The notes below the pieces were generated by a model. That model had not been told where the DNA came from, ran no database searches, and worked only from the letters and a program-made list of their open reading frames with translations. Of a stretch of 64,000 bases of DNA, positions 48,288 to 57,579 are shown piece by piece. The translations under genes were made by a program, and so were the position numbers. The first letter of the stretch is position 1; every line of letters begins with the position of its first letter. Origin of the DNA: Alistipes sp. (GTDB lineage: Bacteria; Bacteroidota; Bacteroidia; Bacteroidales; Rikenellaceae); the NCBI GenBank assembly GCA_045633465.1, contig JAZQYJ010000063.1, forward strand, positions 21,735 to 85,734, read 5' to 3'.

Positions 48288-50171
48288 TTATCGACCAAAC
48301 TTGACTAACAGCACATTTACATCTGCTGGCGAAACGCCTGGAATGCGTGACGCCTGACCGATTGTGGTTGGGCGTATGCGACTTAATTTTTGGCGAGCCT
48401 CGATGGTTAGCGACTGCATTGACGAGTAATCAAAGCCCTCTGGAACGGAGATGTTCTCCAATCGATGGAGTTTTTCCGCCACTTGTCGCTCTCGCTCGAT
48501 ATAGCCGGAGTACTTGATTTCAATCTCTGCCTCCTCGATTTCGCTCTCGGTTATGCCGTTTTCTTTTACGAACTTTTTGAGTTTTGGCAGAGCCTCCACC
48601 AAACCTGCGAGTGTCAAATCGTTGCGAAGTGCGAGGTCGAAAATCTTCTTGCCCTGCGAAATTTCGGGCAAACCGAGCGAAATTAAATAGTTTTGAATTT
48701 CGCATATTTTCGCGCTCTGTGTGCGACAGTAGGAAATAAGCGAATCTACGCGCGAAATTTTTTCGTTGAATTTTTCGTATCTCTCCGCAGAAATCAACCC
48801 CAATTTGTAGCCAAGCGGAGTGAGTCGGCGGTCGGCATTATCTTGTCGGAGCAAAATTCGATACTCGGCACGAGAGGTGAACATTCGGTATGGCTCATCG
48901 ACACCCTTAACCACCAAGTCGTCAATCAGTACGCCAATATACGCCTCGTCGCGCTGCAAAACAATCGGCTCTGCCCCCTCGCAGCGGAGCGAGGCGTTGA
49001 TACCTGCAAGCAGACCCTGCGCAGCAGCCTCTTCGTAGCCCGTTGTACCATTCACTTGACCTGCAAAGTACAGATTATCAATGAGTTTGCTCTCCAACGA
49101 GTGCTTCAACTGCGTTGGAGGGAAATAGTCGTACTCGATGGCGTAGCCCGTGCGGTAGGCGTGTACCTTCTCCAAGCCTCTAATCTGGTGAAGGGCAGAG
49201 AGTTGCACCTCGTATGGCAACGATGACGAGAAGCCATTGAGGTAGTATTCGTTGGTTGTGCGACCTTCGGGTTCGAGGAAGAGCTGGTGTTGCTCCTTGT
49301 CGGCAAAGGTGCGCAACTTATCTTCGATGCTCGGGCAATAGCGTGGGCCAATACCCTTGATTGTGCCGTTGAAAAGTGGCGAATCCTCAAAGCCTGTGCG
49401 GAGGGTGTCGTGAACATCTTGCGAGGTGTAAACCAGGTAGCACGGCATCTGCTCCTTCACCGGCTTGGTCTCGTCAGAGAATGAGAACTTTGAAGGCTTC
49501 TCATCGCCTGGCTGCTGCTCCAAAATCGAGAAGTCGATTGTGCGAGCATCCAATCGTGCCGGTGTTCCCGTCTTCATTCTGCCAACCTCAACACCTTGAT
49601 TTACAAGGCTTTCCGTTACTCCGTATGATGCTGCATCGCCTGCACGACCTCCGCCGGCATTGTTGCGACCACAGTGCATAAGGCCCGAAAGGAATGTTCC
49701 TGCGGTGAGGACTATCGCCTTCGCCTCGAACTCTACGCCCATCTGCGTTTTGATGCCCTTTGCGCGCGGTTTCTCGCCCTCGGTGTTAAAGAGTATCTCC
49801 GTAACCGAATCCTGCCAAATATAGAGGTTTTCTCGGTTTTCGAGACGGTGTCGCCACTCTGCCGAGAACTGCGCTTTGTCGCACTGCGCTCGCGGGCTCC
49901 ACATCGCAGCACCCTTCGAGCGGTTGAGCATACGGAACTGTATGGTCGAGAGGTCGGTTACGATAGCCGTTTCGCCTCCGAGAGCGTCAATCTCTCGCAC
50001 GATTTGTCCTTTGGCAACGCCACCGATAGCGGGGTTGCACGACATCGCCGCAAACTTGGTCATATCCATCGTTACAAGGAGCGTGCGACAACCTCTGCGA
50101 GCTGCCGCCGAAGCCGCCTCACAACCTGCGTGACCGGCACCAATAACGATAACATCAAATTTTTGTATCAT
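48288..50171 (-). CDS. mnmG: tRNA uridine-5-carboxymethylaminomethyl synthesis enzyme
   Basis: GAGHAGCEA, MSCNPAIGG, GPRYCPSIE, GQVNGTTGYEEAAAQG, PYRMFTSRAEYR. Confidence 0.97.
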   Translation of the reverse strand: MIQKFDVIVIGAGHAGCEAASAAARRGCRTLLVTMDMTKFAAMSCNPAIGGVAKGQIVREIDALGGETAIVTDLSTIQFRMLNRSKGAAMWSPRAQCDKAQFSAEWRHRLENRENLYIWQDSVTEILFNTEGEKPRAKGIKTQMGVEFEAKAIVLTAGTFLSGLMHCGRNNAGGGRAGDAASYGVTESLVNQGVEVGRMKTGTPARLDARTIDFSILEQQPGDEKPSKFSFSDETKPVKEQMPCYLVYTSQDVHDTLRTGFEDSPLFNGTIKGIGPRYCPSIEDKLRTFADKEQHQLFLEPEGRTTNEYYLNGFSSSLPYEVQLSALHQIRGLEKVHAYRTGYAIEYDYFPPTQLKHSLESKLIDNLYFAGQVNGTTGYEEAAAQGLLAGINASLRCEGAEPIVLQRDEAYIGVLIDDLVVKGVDEPYRMFTSRAEYRILLRQDNADRRLTPLGYKLGLISAERYEKFNEKISRVDSLISYCRTQSAKICEIQNYLISLGLPEISQGKKIFDLALRNDLTLAGLVEALPKLKKFVKENGITESEIEEAEIEIKYSGYIERERQVAEKLHRLENISVPEGFDYSSMQSLTIEARQKLSRIRPTTIGQASRIPGVSPADVNVLLVKFGR

Positions 50172-50221
50172 AAATTTGATGGCTATTAGCCATTAGCTAT
50201 TAGCCCTTGGCTTTTTAATTC

Positions 50222-50665
50222 TCAATTCTCAACTCTCAACTCTTCGAGCAACGCAAGATACTTATCTTCCTTGCGGTGCATCTGCTTCTCGGTGCGAGGG
50301 GTTTTGTCCTTCTGACCGCAGAGGTGCAGTACGCCGTGAACTATCACTCGGAGCATCTCCTGGCGAGCCGTTGCACCGTAGAGTCGTGCATTGTCACGCA
50401 CGGTCTCGATGTCGATGAAGATATCGCCCGCAATAAAGCCCTCTTTCAGGTTGCTATCATCGAAAGTGATAATATCGGTGAAGTAGTCGTGGCCGAGGAA
50501 CTCGATATTCATCGCACGATGGCGCTCTGCCGAGCAGAAAACATAATTTATCTCGCTAATCTCGTAGCCTCCCTCCTGCTGTGCAACCTCTCGCAACCAA
50601 CGGCGCATCAAGCGCTTTTGTGGCAGGCGGTAGTTGCAGTCGTCGGTATGAAACAATATATCCAT
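50222..50665 (-). CDS. ybeY: rRNA maturation endoribonuclease
   Basis: HDYFTDIITFD, HGVLHLCG. Confidence 0.93.
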   Translation of the reverse strand: MDILFHTDDCNYRLPQKRLMRRWLREVAQQEGGYEISEINYVFCSAERHRAMNIEFLGHDYFTDIITFDDSNLKEGFIAGDIFIDIETVRDNARLYGATARQEMLRVIVHGVLHLCGQKDKTPRTEKQMHRKEDKYLALLEELRVEN

Positions 50666-50669
50666 AGTC

Positions 50670-51794
50670 TTACTTTTTGAAACAGTTTGCAGCCGACATC
50701 TTCACATCGGGCGAAGGGGCGTAAATGCCAAACACTATCTTGTACTCCATCTCCATAGTCGAGATGTTCACCGCCGAGCCGATGGTGCCTATGCGCTGAC
50801 CCTTCTGCACGATTGCGTTCTTCGTAACCGATACTGCCGAGAGGTTGGCGTAAGATGTAATATACTCACCGTGAGCGATATAGATGTCGTACTTGTTGTT
50901 CACCTTGTTGCGCTTGATATCGACCACCTTACCTTCGTAAATCGAGGTTACCGCAGCCCCCTCTTTGCCGACAATCTCTGCCATATTGCCCTTGTATCGC
51001 TTCACCTTTCCACCCACAACGGGCAAATTCAAGGCGGTTGTACTTGAAGAGAATGACGCTCCCGCCTTGTTTCCCTTTGTAAGCTTTCGCAACACCTTAA
51101 TTGCCGAGTTGAGCTTCTCTTCGTGTTCCATCTTCGAGCGCAGAACGCTCTGTTGTTTGCTCGACATCTGGCTGATTGTCTTTTTCGCATACGCCATATC
51201 GGTGCGGAGCTTTTTGCGTTGGTTGTCGAGGCGGCGCTTCGTTGCCGAGAGCTCTTCGCGACGCTTGGCGAGGGTGTTACGCTCCGCCTGCACATCGCTT
51301 CGCACTGCCGACACCTGCTTGATTTGGGCGATACGATACTCTGTCGCCACGCGCAACATCGCCACACGACGAGCCACATCGGTAAACGATTTCGCCGAAA
51401 AGAGGTATGTCAAATGGTTTTGATAGCGGTAGTTGCGATATGCCGAGCGCACAATCGCGCGTATATTCTCTTCAAGTTCGGTGAGCTGTCCGCCGAGTAG
51501 GCGAAGTCGCTTTTCCGAGGCATTAACCTCGGCGGTGAGCTGCTTTATTTGACGAGTTGTTTCATGAATCAGGGCATTTCGCTTCTCAATCTGCTTGGTG
51601 AGCGAGGCGACTTGTTTCTCTGCCGAAGCCTTATTTTTTTTGAGTTGAGCCAACTGCTTCTCCTCGCGCGCAATGCTGCGTTCGAGGTTGGCAATAACCT
51701 TTTTCTGCCGCTCGATTTTGCTTGTCTGCGCAACGGCAGGGGAGGCAAAAGCCAACAGCACCAACAGGGTTAGTATGTAGAGTCGTTTCAACAT
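50670..51794 (-). CDS. EnvC-like murein hydrolase activator (coiled coil + degenerate M23)
   Basis: Signal peptide and long coiled coil, then a C-terminal M23 fold lacking the Zn ligands (YANL in place of YAHL). Confidence 0.8.
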   Translation of the reverse strand: MLKRLYILTLLVLLAFASPAVAQTSKIERQKKVIANLERSIAREEKQLAQLKKNKASAEKQVASLTKQIEKRNALIHETTRQIKQLTAEVNASEKRLRLLGGQLTELEENIRAIVRSAYRNYRYQNHLTYLFSAKSFTDVARRVAMLRVATEYRIAQIKQVSAVRSDVQAERNTLAKRREELSATKRRLDNQRKKLRTDMAYAKKTISQMSSKQQSVLRSKMEHEEKLNSAIKVLRKLTKGNKAGASFSSSTTALNLPVVGGKVKRYKGNMAEIVGKEGAAVTSIYEGKVVDIKRNKVNNKYDIYIAHGEYITSYANLSAVSVTKNAIVQKGQRIGTIGSAVNISTMEMEYKIVFGIYAPSPDVKMSAANCFKK

Positions 51795-51800
51795 CAGTTT

Positions 51801-53498
51801 CTACTTTTTCTGCTCTCTTTTTTCGGGTAAAAATCGCTTTTCAATCTCCTCTTTGTCGGCTCCACGCTCCAACGCCTTGCGCCAATAGGTCTTTGCCATA
51901 AACTCCTCGCCCAGAGCGTGAAGGATATCGCCATAATGCAACGCCAACTCTGCCGACTGCTGACGGTCGAGCGAGAGGGCTTGCTGCATATACTTTTTAG
52001 CCTCGTCATAACGCCCCAACTTGTAGAGCACCCACGCCATCGTGTCGAGGTAGGTGGCGTTGTTCTGTGCGAGCGCCAAGGCCCTCGAAATCATTGTTAG
52101 GGCGCGTTCCAAATTTTTGCCATCGAGCGAGAGGAAGTAGGCGTAGTTGTTCAATACCATTGCGTTGTCAGCGTGGTAGCGTAGTGCTTTGTCGTACGCC
52201 TTGTAGCAACGCTTCGTCTCGTTGCGTTGGTGTTCCATATCGCCTATTGCACCCCAAAGCGATGAGCGCAAGGTGTCGTTGTCGGCGTGTTTCAATGCCT
52301 CGTTGTAGAGAACTATCGCATCGTCAAACTCTTTGCGCTGCAATGCCAACGCACCTCGCAGATGAAGAAGGTCGGTGTTGTGCGGAAAGAGAGCCAAAGC
52401 AAGGTCTGTGTAGTGTTGTACCGAGTCGGGGCGATTGAGGTGATTTTCAATCTCTATCACTCGTGTAAACTCCTCGATATTAGGCTTTTGGTAGTCGATA
52501 AGTTGCTTGCACAAGCGTAGAGCATCCTCCACTTTGCCCGACAAAATTAGATGCTGGGCATAGAGCGTTGCTACCTCTTTGCTCTCGGGGTGGCGGATGT
52601 AGAGCCGCTTGATAAGAGCATCATATTGTGGGTAGAACTTGCGATAGGCGCTCATATCGTTCGACAGAGCCTTCCACTCCTCGATTTTGCCCTGTAATGG
52701 TAGTTGGTCGTTGCCGAATATTCGCTCCAAAACAGAGAGATATGCCACTTTGTCGCCCCTCTTCTCATAAAATTCGGCAAGAGCTAACCACGACTCCACT
52801 GCCAGCGAATCTATCGCAATGGCTTGCTGATATGATGCCAGCGCCAACGAGTCACGGCGTGTCGCAGCGAAAATTTCGGCTAACGAAATATGGTTTTCAG
52901 CGAGATACGGAGCATCATCTATCGCCTTGCGGGCATCCGCCTCAGCAGCGAGGGTTTGCCCCGTTTTCATAAGGTAGTATTGACGCAATCGGCTCAACAA
53001 CGGAATACGACCAAAGCGCACTTCGGCTGTATCCAAGACCGAGATCGCCTCCACTGTTCTGCGGCTGCTATCAAGTAGAATCGCGAGAATGCGGTAGTCG
53101 TTGGGCTCTATGCTTTTTAGTGTGATTTTTTCGAAGATAGGGGTTGCTTTGGCATACTCGCCACCCTGTATCAAGCACCTGCCATAATCCTCCAAGTAAT
53201 AGCGATTGGTTGTGTCAGAGAGGTATGCTCTCTCGGAGTATTCGATTGCATTCTTGGGTGCTTTCGTAATCTTCGACAGGAGATTTAGTGCAGGAGCATA
53301 GTTCGAGTCTTGTTGAAAAATCGCCTCAATGGCACATAGGGCACCGATGGTATCCTTGTGGATTGTTGCTGCCTTTATCGCCTCGGCGTAGAGCTCCGAA
53401 ACGCTTTTCAGGGGAGTTGCCTGGCGTGTCGCCTTGTGTTGCGGAATAAATCCGCAACAAAACACCGCAACCAGCAATATAACAAACCCCCTCTTCAT
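51801..53498 (-). CDS. Secreted tetratricopeptide repeat protein
   Basis: Multiple TPRs; LNNYAYFLS...YLDTMAWVLYK..HYGDIL. Confidence 0.88.
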   Translation of the reverse strand: MKRGFVILLVAVFCCGFIPQHKATRQATPLKSVSELYAEAIKAATIHKDTIGALCAIEAIFQQDSNYAPALNLLSKITKAPKNAIEYSERAYLSDTTNRYYLEDYGRCLIQGGEYAKATPIFEKITLKSIEPNDYRILAILLDSSRRTVEAISVLDTAEVRFGRIPLLSRLRQYYLMKTGQTLAAEADARKAIDDAPYLAENHISLAEIFAATRRDSLALASYQQAIAIDSLAVESWLALAEFYEKRGDKVAYLSVLERIFGNDQLPLQGKIEEWKALSNDMSAYRKFYPQYDALIKRLYIRHPESKEVATLYAQHLILSGKVEDALRLCKQLIDYQKPNIEEFTRVIEIENHLNRPDSVQHYTDLALALFPHNTDLLHLRGALALQRKEFDDAIVLYNEALKHADNDTLRSSLWGAIGDMEHQRNETKRCYKAYDKALRYHADNAMVLNNYAYFLSLDGKNLERALTMISRALALAQNNATYLDTMAWVLYKLGRYDEAKKYMQQALSLDRQQSAELALHYGDILHALGEEFMAKTYWRKALERGADKEEIEKRFLPEKREQKK

Positions 53499-53551
53499 AA
53501 ACCGAAAAGCGCTTATACCCCTAACGACACTAACGCCTCTAACGACCCTAA

Positions 53552-54592
53552 TTACAATACGCTGTCGAATTGGTGAAGGAATCGAACATCGTTCTCGAAG
53601 TAGAGGCGCAAGTCCTTTACGCCAAACTTCAACATAGCTATACGCTCAACTCCCATACCAAACGCAAAGCCCGAGTACTCCTTCGAGTCGATACCGTTAG
53701 CCTCCAAGACATTAGGATCGACCATACCGCAACCCATAATCTCCAACCAGCCGGTACCCTTACATACAGGGCAGCCCTTGCCACCGCAGAGGTTGCACGA
53801 GACATCCAACTCAGCCGAAGGCTCGGTGAATGGGAAGTACGATGGGCGCATACGAATCTGAGTCTTTTCGCCGAAGAGCTCCTTCGAGAAGTACAAAAGC
53901 GACTGCTTCATATCGGCAAACGATACATTCTTGTCGATATACAAACCCTCCACTTGGTGGAAGATGCAGTGTGCGCGATATGAAATAGCCTCGTTACGGA
54001 ATACTCGACCAGGGCAAATTACGCGGATAGGGGGTTGTTGTTGCTGCATAGTACGCACCTGAATAGACGAGGTGTGTGTACGCAACAACACATCGTCAGC
54101 CGAAGGCTCCGAGCCCGCCTTCTCCACAAAGAAGGTGTCCTGCATATCTCGTGCAGGGTGCTCCATAGGGAAGTTCAAACGAGAGAATACATGGTTGTCA
54201 TCCTCAATCTCCGGACCATCGGCTACGGTGTAGCCAAGGCGTGAGAAGATGTCGATAATCTCCTGCTTAACCAACGAGATTGGGTGGCGTGAGCCGAGTT
54301 GCTCTGCCGAGCCTGGGCGCGACATATCGTCAATCTGCGGAGCCGAAGCGACCTGGTTTTCGAGAATCTCCTTCTGCTCGTTAATCTTTGCGAGGATGCT
54401 GTTTTTCAAGGTGTTGAGTTTCTGACCAAACTCTCGTTTCTGCTCGGGGGCAACGGTCTTGAACTCCTCCATAAGGGCGGTCATCTCGCCCTTCTTTCCG
54501 ACCATTCTGATGCGGAAATCCTCTACCTCCGCCAATGATTTCGGTGCAAAAGCCTCAACTGCTTCGGTGAGCGCAACAATCTTTTCATTCAT
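53552..54592 (-). CDS. pheS: Phenylalanine--tRNA ligase alpha subunit
   Basis: HPARDMQDTF, LRTHTS, FHQVEG, RPSYFPFTEPS, FAFGMGVER. Confidence 0.97.
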   Translation of the reverse strand: MNEKIVALTEAVEAFAPKSLAEVEDFRIRMVGKKGEMTALMEEFKTVAPEQKREFGQKLNTLKNSILAKINEQKEILENQVASAPQIDDMSRPGSAEQLGSRHPISLVKQEIIDIFSRLGYTVADGPEIEDDNHVFSRLNFPMEHPARDMQDTFFVEKAGSEPSADDVLLRTHTSSIQVRTMQQQQPPIRVICPGRVFRNEAISYRAHCIFHQVEGLYIDKNVSFADMKQSLLYFSKELFGEKTQIRMRPSYFPFTEPSAELDVSCNLCGGKGCPVCKGTGWLEIMGCGMVDPNVLEANGIDSKEYSGFAFGMGVERIAMLKFGVKDLRLYFENDVRFLHQFDSVL

Positions 54593-54709
54593 AGGGTCTA
54601 TCTTGTTTTTATTTTAATTTTTCATCTCTTTTGTCCCAAAGGGACACTATACGCCACAAAGTTATACAAATAAACTTAAATCTAAAAATTTTGTGCCACG
54701 AATAAATAC

Positions 54710-54745
54710 AAAAAAGAGTGCTGCCCGATTACTCGAACAGCACTC
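54710..54745 (-). terminator. Intrinsic terminator
   Basis: aaaaaa-gagtgctg...cagcactc hairpin downstream of the esterase gene. Confidence 0.7.
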
Positions 54746-54766
54746 CAAAAAGTTTATAGTGAGTGA

Positions 54767-56677
54767 TTAGTACTCAATTGTCTTTGCAAGGACACCGACA
54801 CCATAGTTGGTGCTCTTACCCTTGAACTTTGGCAACTCGATAATGTCGCCCGCTTTAACCTCGCGCTCTACGATGTAGAATGTGCCACGCTTCTTGCCAT
54901 CCTTTGCACAACGCGAATAGGTTGATGTGAGAACCTTCCAAGGGGCCTTGCGAGTAGCACCGGTGATAGAGGTGAAGAGGTAGATCTTGCCGTCAGCCTG
55001 AGCGGTAATGCGACCACCTACGCTCATTTCGCCCTTAGCAACAGGGGTTGGCATCAACAACTCAAAGCCCTCGAACTCCTTCGGGTACTCGTTGCTCATA
55101 ACATAACCGGTATTTGCCCAAAGCTCTGCACCCTCAGTGAAGCTTGTGCGGGTGTAACCTTCGCCCTCGAACTTCACAGCAATCTCCGAAGCCTTCTCCA
55201 CGAGAGGACGAGCGCTCAACGAGCGGTTGTTCTTGTCGCTGCGGAAAGCTCCGAGAGGAAGACCCTCTGCCGAGAAGACATTACCCATATCTTCGTTGAA
55301 GCAGTAACGAACAGCCACAGGGTTCTTGACACCCTCGGCAGCAACAAGAATGGTGTTACCTTCAATCTTTGCCTCTGCCAACGAGAATATCAACAATTTC
55401 TCGTTGTTAGGGTCTTTAACGCCGAGTTGGAAGCCATTGATGCGACCTTCACCCTTCTGTACGAGCGTTGTAGGAACATTCTTGAAGTGTACGCGGATTG
55501 CATCACCCTCAACCTCTATCGCCTTGTAGGCAGGTGAGCGGAACTCCGCCTCGCTCTTTTTGTAGAATCCTCCGAGAGCACACTGTGCCAAACGGTGAGC
55601 GACATCTGCCTTCTTTGGAGGGTGGATATCGCCAGGAATCTGGTTTTGGTCGTTGGTGATAACGATTTCGCAATTTGGAGTGCGAGCTGCTACACGGGCC
55701 TGAGCCTCACGGATGCGAGCACCGTTGATGCCGGCATAGGTGTGCGGAGCAATCTCCACGATGTAGAATGGCATCTCCGGATTGCGGAACTCCTCGCGCC
55801 ACGACTTGATGAGGTGCGAAAGCAGATTCTGATAAGTTCCACAGCTCGAAACATTCGAGCAACCCTGATACCAGATAACACCTGCGATGGTGGTGTGGCG
55901 GATAGGATAGATATTTGCATTGTGGAGGTACGAAATTTTGCTTTTCCAACCCTTGCTCTTCAACTTCTTTGCAGTAGCAGCAACCTTAGGGTTGTTTGCA
56001 AGATACTCTGCGCTCAACCAACCCTCGATGCAGGTGCCACCATACGAAGCGTCGATAAGACCGATAGGTACATTCAAGTTCTCCTGCAACTCCTTACCAA
56101 AGCCATAACCTACTGCTGAGAAGCTCTTCAATGATTTGCTGTTGCATACGCTCCACTGAGCCTTGTGCTTCTTCTGTGTAGGAACCTCGGTCTGAGGAGT
56201 CTCTGCGAATGTACGACCGGTGCAGTAAAGGCGGATGTTGTTGTTTGCCTCGTTTTTCAACTCTCCCTTCATATCAGGGGTCTTGCTAACCGGCCACTCC
56301 ATATTCGACTGACCGGCGCAGAGCCAAACCTCGCCAAATACCACATTCTCCAACACCACAACCTCCTTCTTGCACGAGATGGTGATGGTGTGCGAGTCGA
56401 AGCTTGCCGCTTGTGTCTCAACCGGCAAAATCCAAAGACCCTCTTCGTTTGCCTTCACTTTGAGAGGCTTGTTTAAGTTGAGCCAGCTTGGGTTAATCTT
56501 CACGGTAGCCTTTGGCTTAGCCCAACCCCAGATGTTTACTGTGGTCGAGTGTTGAAGTACCATGTCGCTGCCAACAACCGATGGCAGAGTAAGCGTCGTT
56601 GGCTTCTCCTGTGCCACTACCGATGCAGAGATGAACAACGCCACCACTGCAACCAAGATAAATTTAAGATTTTTCAT
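54767..56677 (-). CDS. Sialate O-acetylesterase (SGNH) with C-terminal extension
   Basis: Signal peptide; GEVWLCAGQSNME, WYQG, DIHP..K, AVRY, GLPL..FR. Confidence 0.88.
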   Translation of the reverse strand: MKNLKFILVAVVALFISASVVAQEKPTTLTLPSVVGSDMVLQHSTTVNIWGWAKPKATVKINPSWLNLNKPLKVKANEEGLWILPVETQAASFDSHTITISCKKEVVVLENVVFGEVWLCAGQSNMEWPVSKTPDMKGELKNEANNNIRLYCTGRTFAETPQTEVPTQKKHKAQWSVCNSKSLKSFSAVGYGFGKELQENLNVPIGLIDASYGGTCIEGWLSAEYLANNPKVAATAKKLKSKGWKSKISYLHNANIYPIRHTTIAGVIWYQGCSNVSSCGTYQNLLSHLIKSWREEFRNPEMPFYIVEIAPHTYAGINGARIREAQARVAARTPNCEIVITNDQNQIPGDIHPPKKADVAHRLAQCALGGFYKKSEAEFRSPAYKAIEVEGDAIRVHFKNVPTTLVQKGEGRINGFQLGVKDPNNEKLLIFSLAEAKIEGNTILVAAEGVKNPVAVRYCFNEDMGNVFSAEGLPLGAFRSDKNNRSLSARPLVEKASEIAVKFEGEGYTRTSFTEGAELWANTGYVMSNEYPKEFEGFELLMPTPVAKGEMSVGGRITAQADGKIYLFTSITGATRKAPWKVLTSTYSRCAKDGKKRGTFYIVEREVKAGDIIELPKFKGKSTNYGVGVLAKTIEY

Positions 56678-56914
56678 AAAAATAGAATTTTGGTTTGATT
56701 ATTAGGTGAAATTTTAATTATTAGACGACATTTATGCGGTTTTGTTAAATCTATTACCACAAAGGTAGTCAAATTTCTTAAAATTTGTAGGATTAAACCC
56801 TAAAAATGTGGGAGGGACTTCAAAGAGTGAGCGGTGAGGAGAGAGTAGTGAGTAGTTAAAACTTTCAGCGCATCCTATCGCCCCTATAAACAGCCCACAC
56901 AAAAAAATCGAGGA

Positions 56915-57478
56915 CTATCTGAAATCCTCGACTATAAACACTCCTGTGTAGTTGCCCGTTATTTTGTTGAACGCATCATCTTCGAGCAAGAAGGTTGCCG
57001 TATGTGTGCCGTCATCGTTGGCAGTAATCGTAACCGAACCCTTGGCAATAGGTGCGGTTGCTACCATAGCGCCACTCTTCGAGGTGCGTAGATACCACGA
57101 GTAGGACATATAATCCTCCTCGTCGATTATGCCCTTCAACATTCCGTTAGCCTTGTAGATGTCGCTTGTGGCAGTGAAAGTTCCCGTCGGCACTACAAGG
57201 TCGTTTGGCTTTACCATAACCTCGATAAGGAGTTGCTCCTTGGTCTCGAACTCCAAGAAGTAGATTTGCCACATATCGAGCCCTGTTTTGTAGTAGTCGC
57301 CAAAGCAATCTGCATAGACCAAGGTGTTGTCGGCACTGAACACAAGTTCCAAATCCTCGGTCAATGTCGAGATAGCATCTTCGGGGCGCTGTGGCTCCTC
57401 GTTGTTTGGCGCATCAGGGGTTGGGTTGCACGCCCACACCACCACCGCCGACAGTAGTATAGTGAATAGTTGTTTCAT
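56915..57478 (-). CDS. Hypothetical lipoprotein (single beta-rich domain)
   Basis: MKQLF...VWAC lipobox; homologous to the C-terminal half of the upstream lipoprotein. Confidence 0.8.
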   Translation of the reverse strand: MKQLFTILLSAVVVWACNPTPDAPNNEEPQRPEDAISTLTEDLELVFSADNTLVYADCFGDYYKTGLDMWQIYFLEFETKEQLLIEVMVKPNDLVVPTGTFTATSDIYKANGMLKGIIDEEDYMSYSWYLRTSKSGAMVATAPIAKGSVTITANDDGTHTATFLLEDDAFNKITGNYTGVFIVEDFR

Positions 57479-57579
57479 CGTTTTCCGCTTTCCGTTTTCC
57501 GTTTTCCGTTTGAAAAAAGGGCAGACGACCTTTCTGTCGCCCGCCCACAAACATAACCTAACTAACCAAAAAATGAAAA

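Noticed and set aside
53552-54592. pheS without adjacent pheT
   Set aside because: Separation of pheS and pheT is normal in Bacteroidetes.
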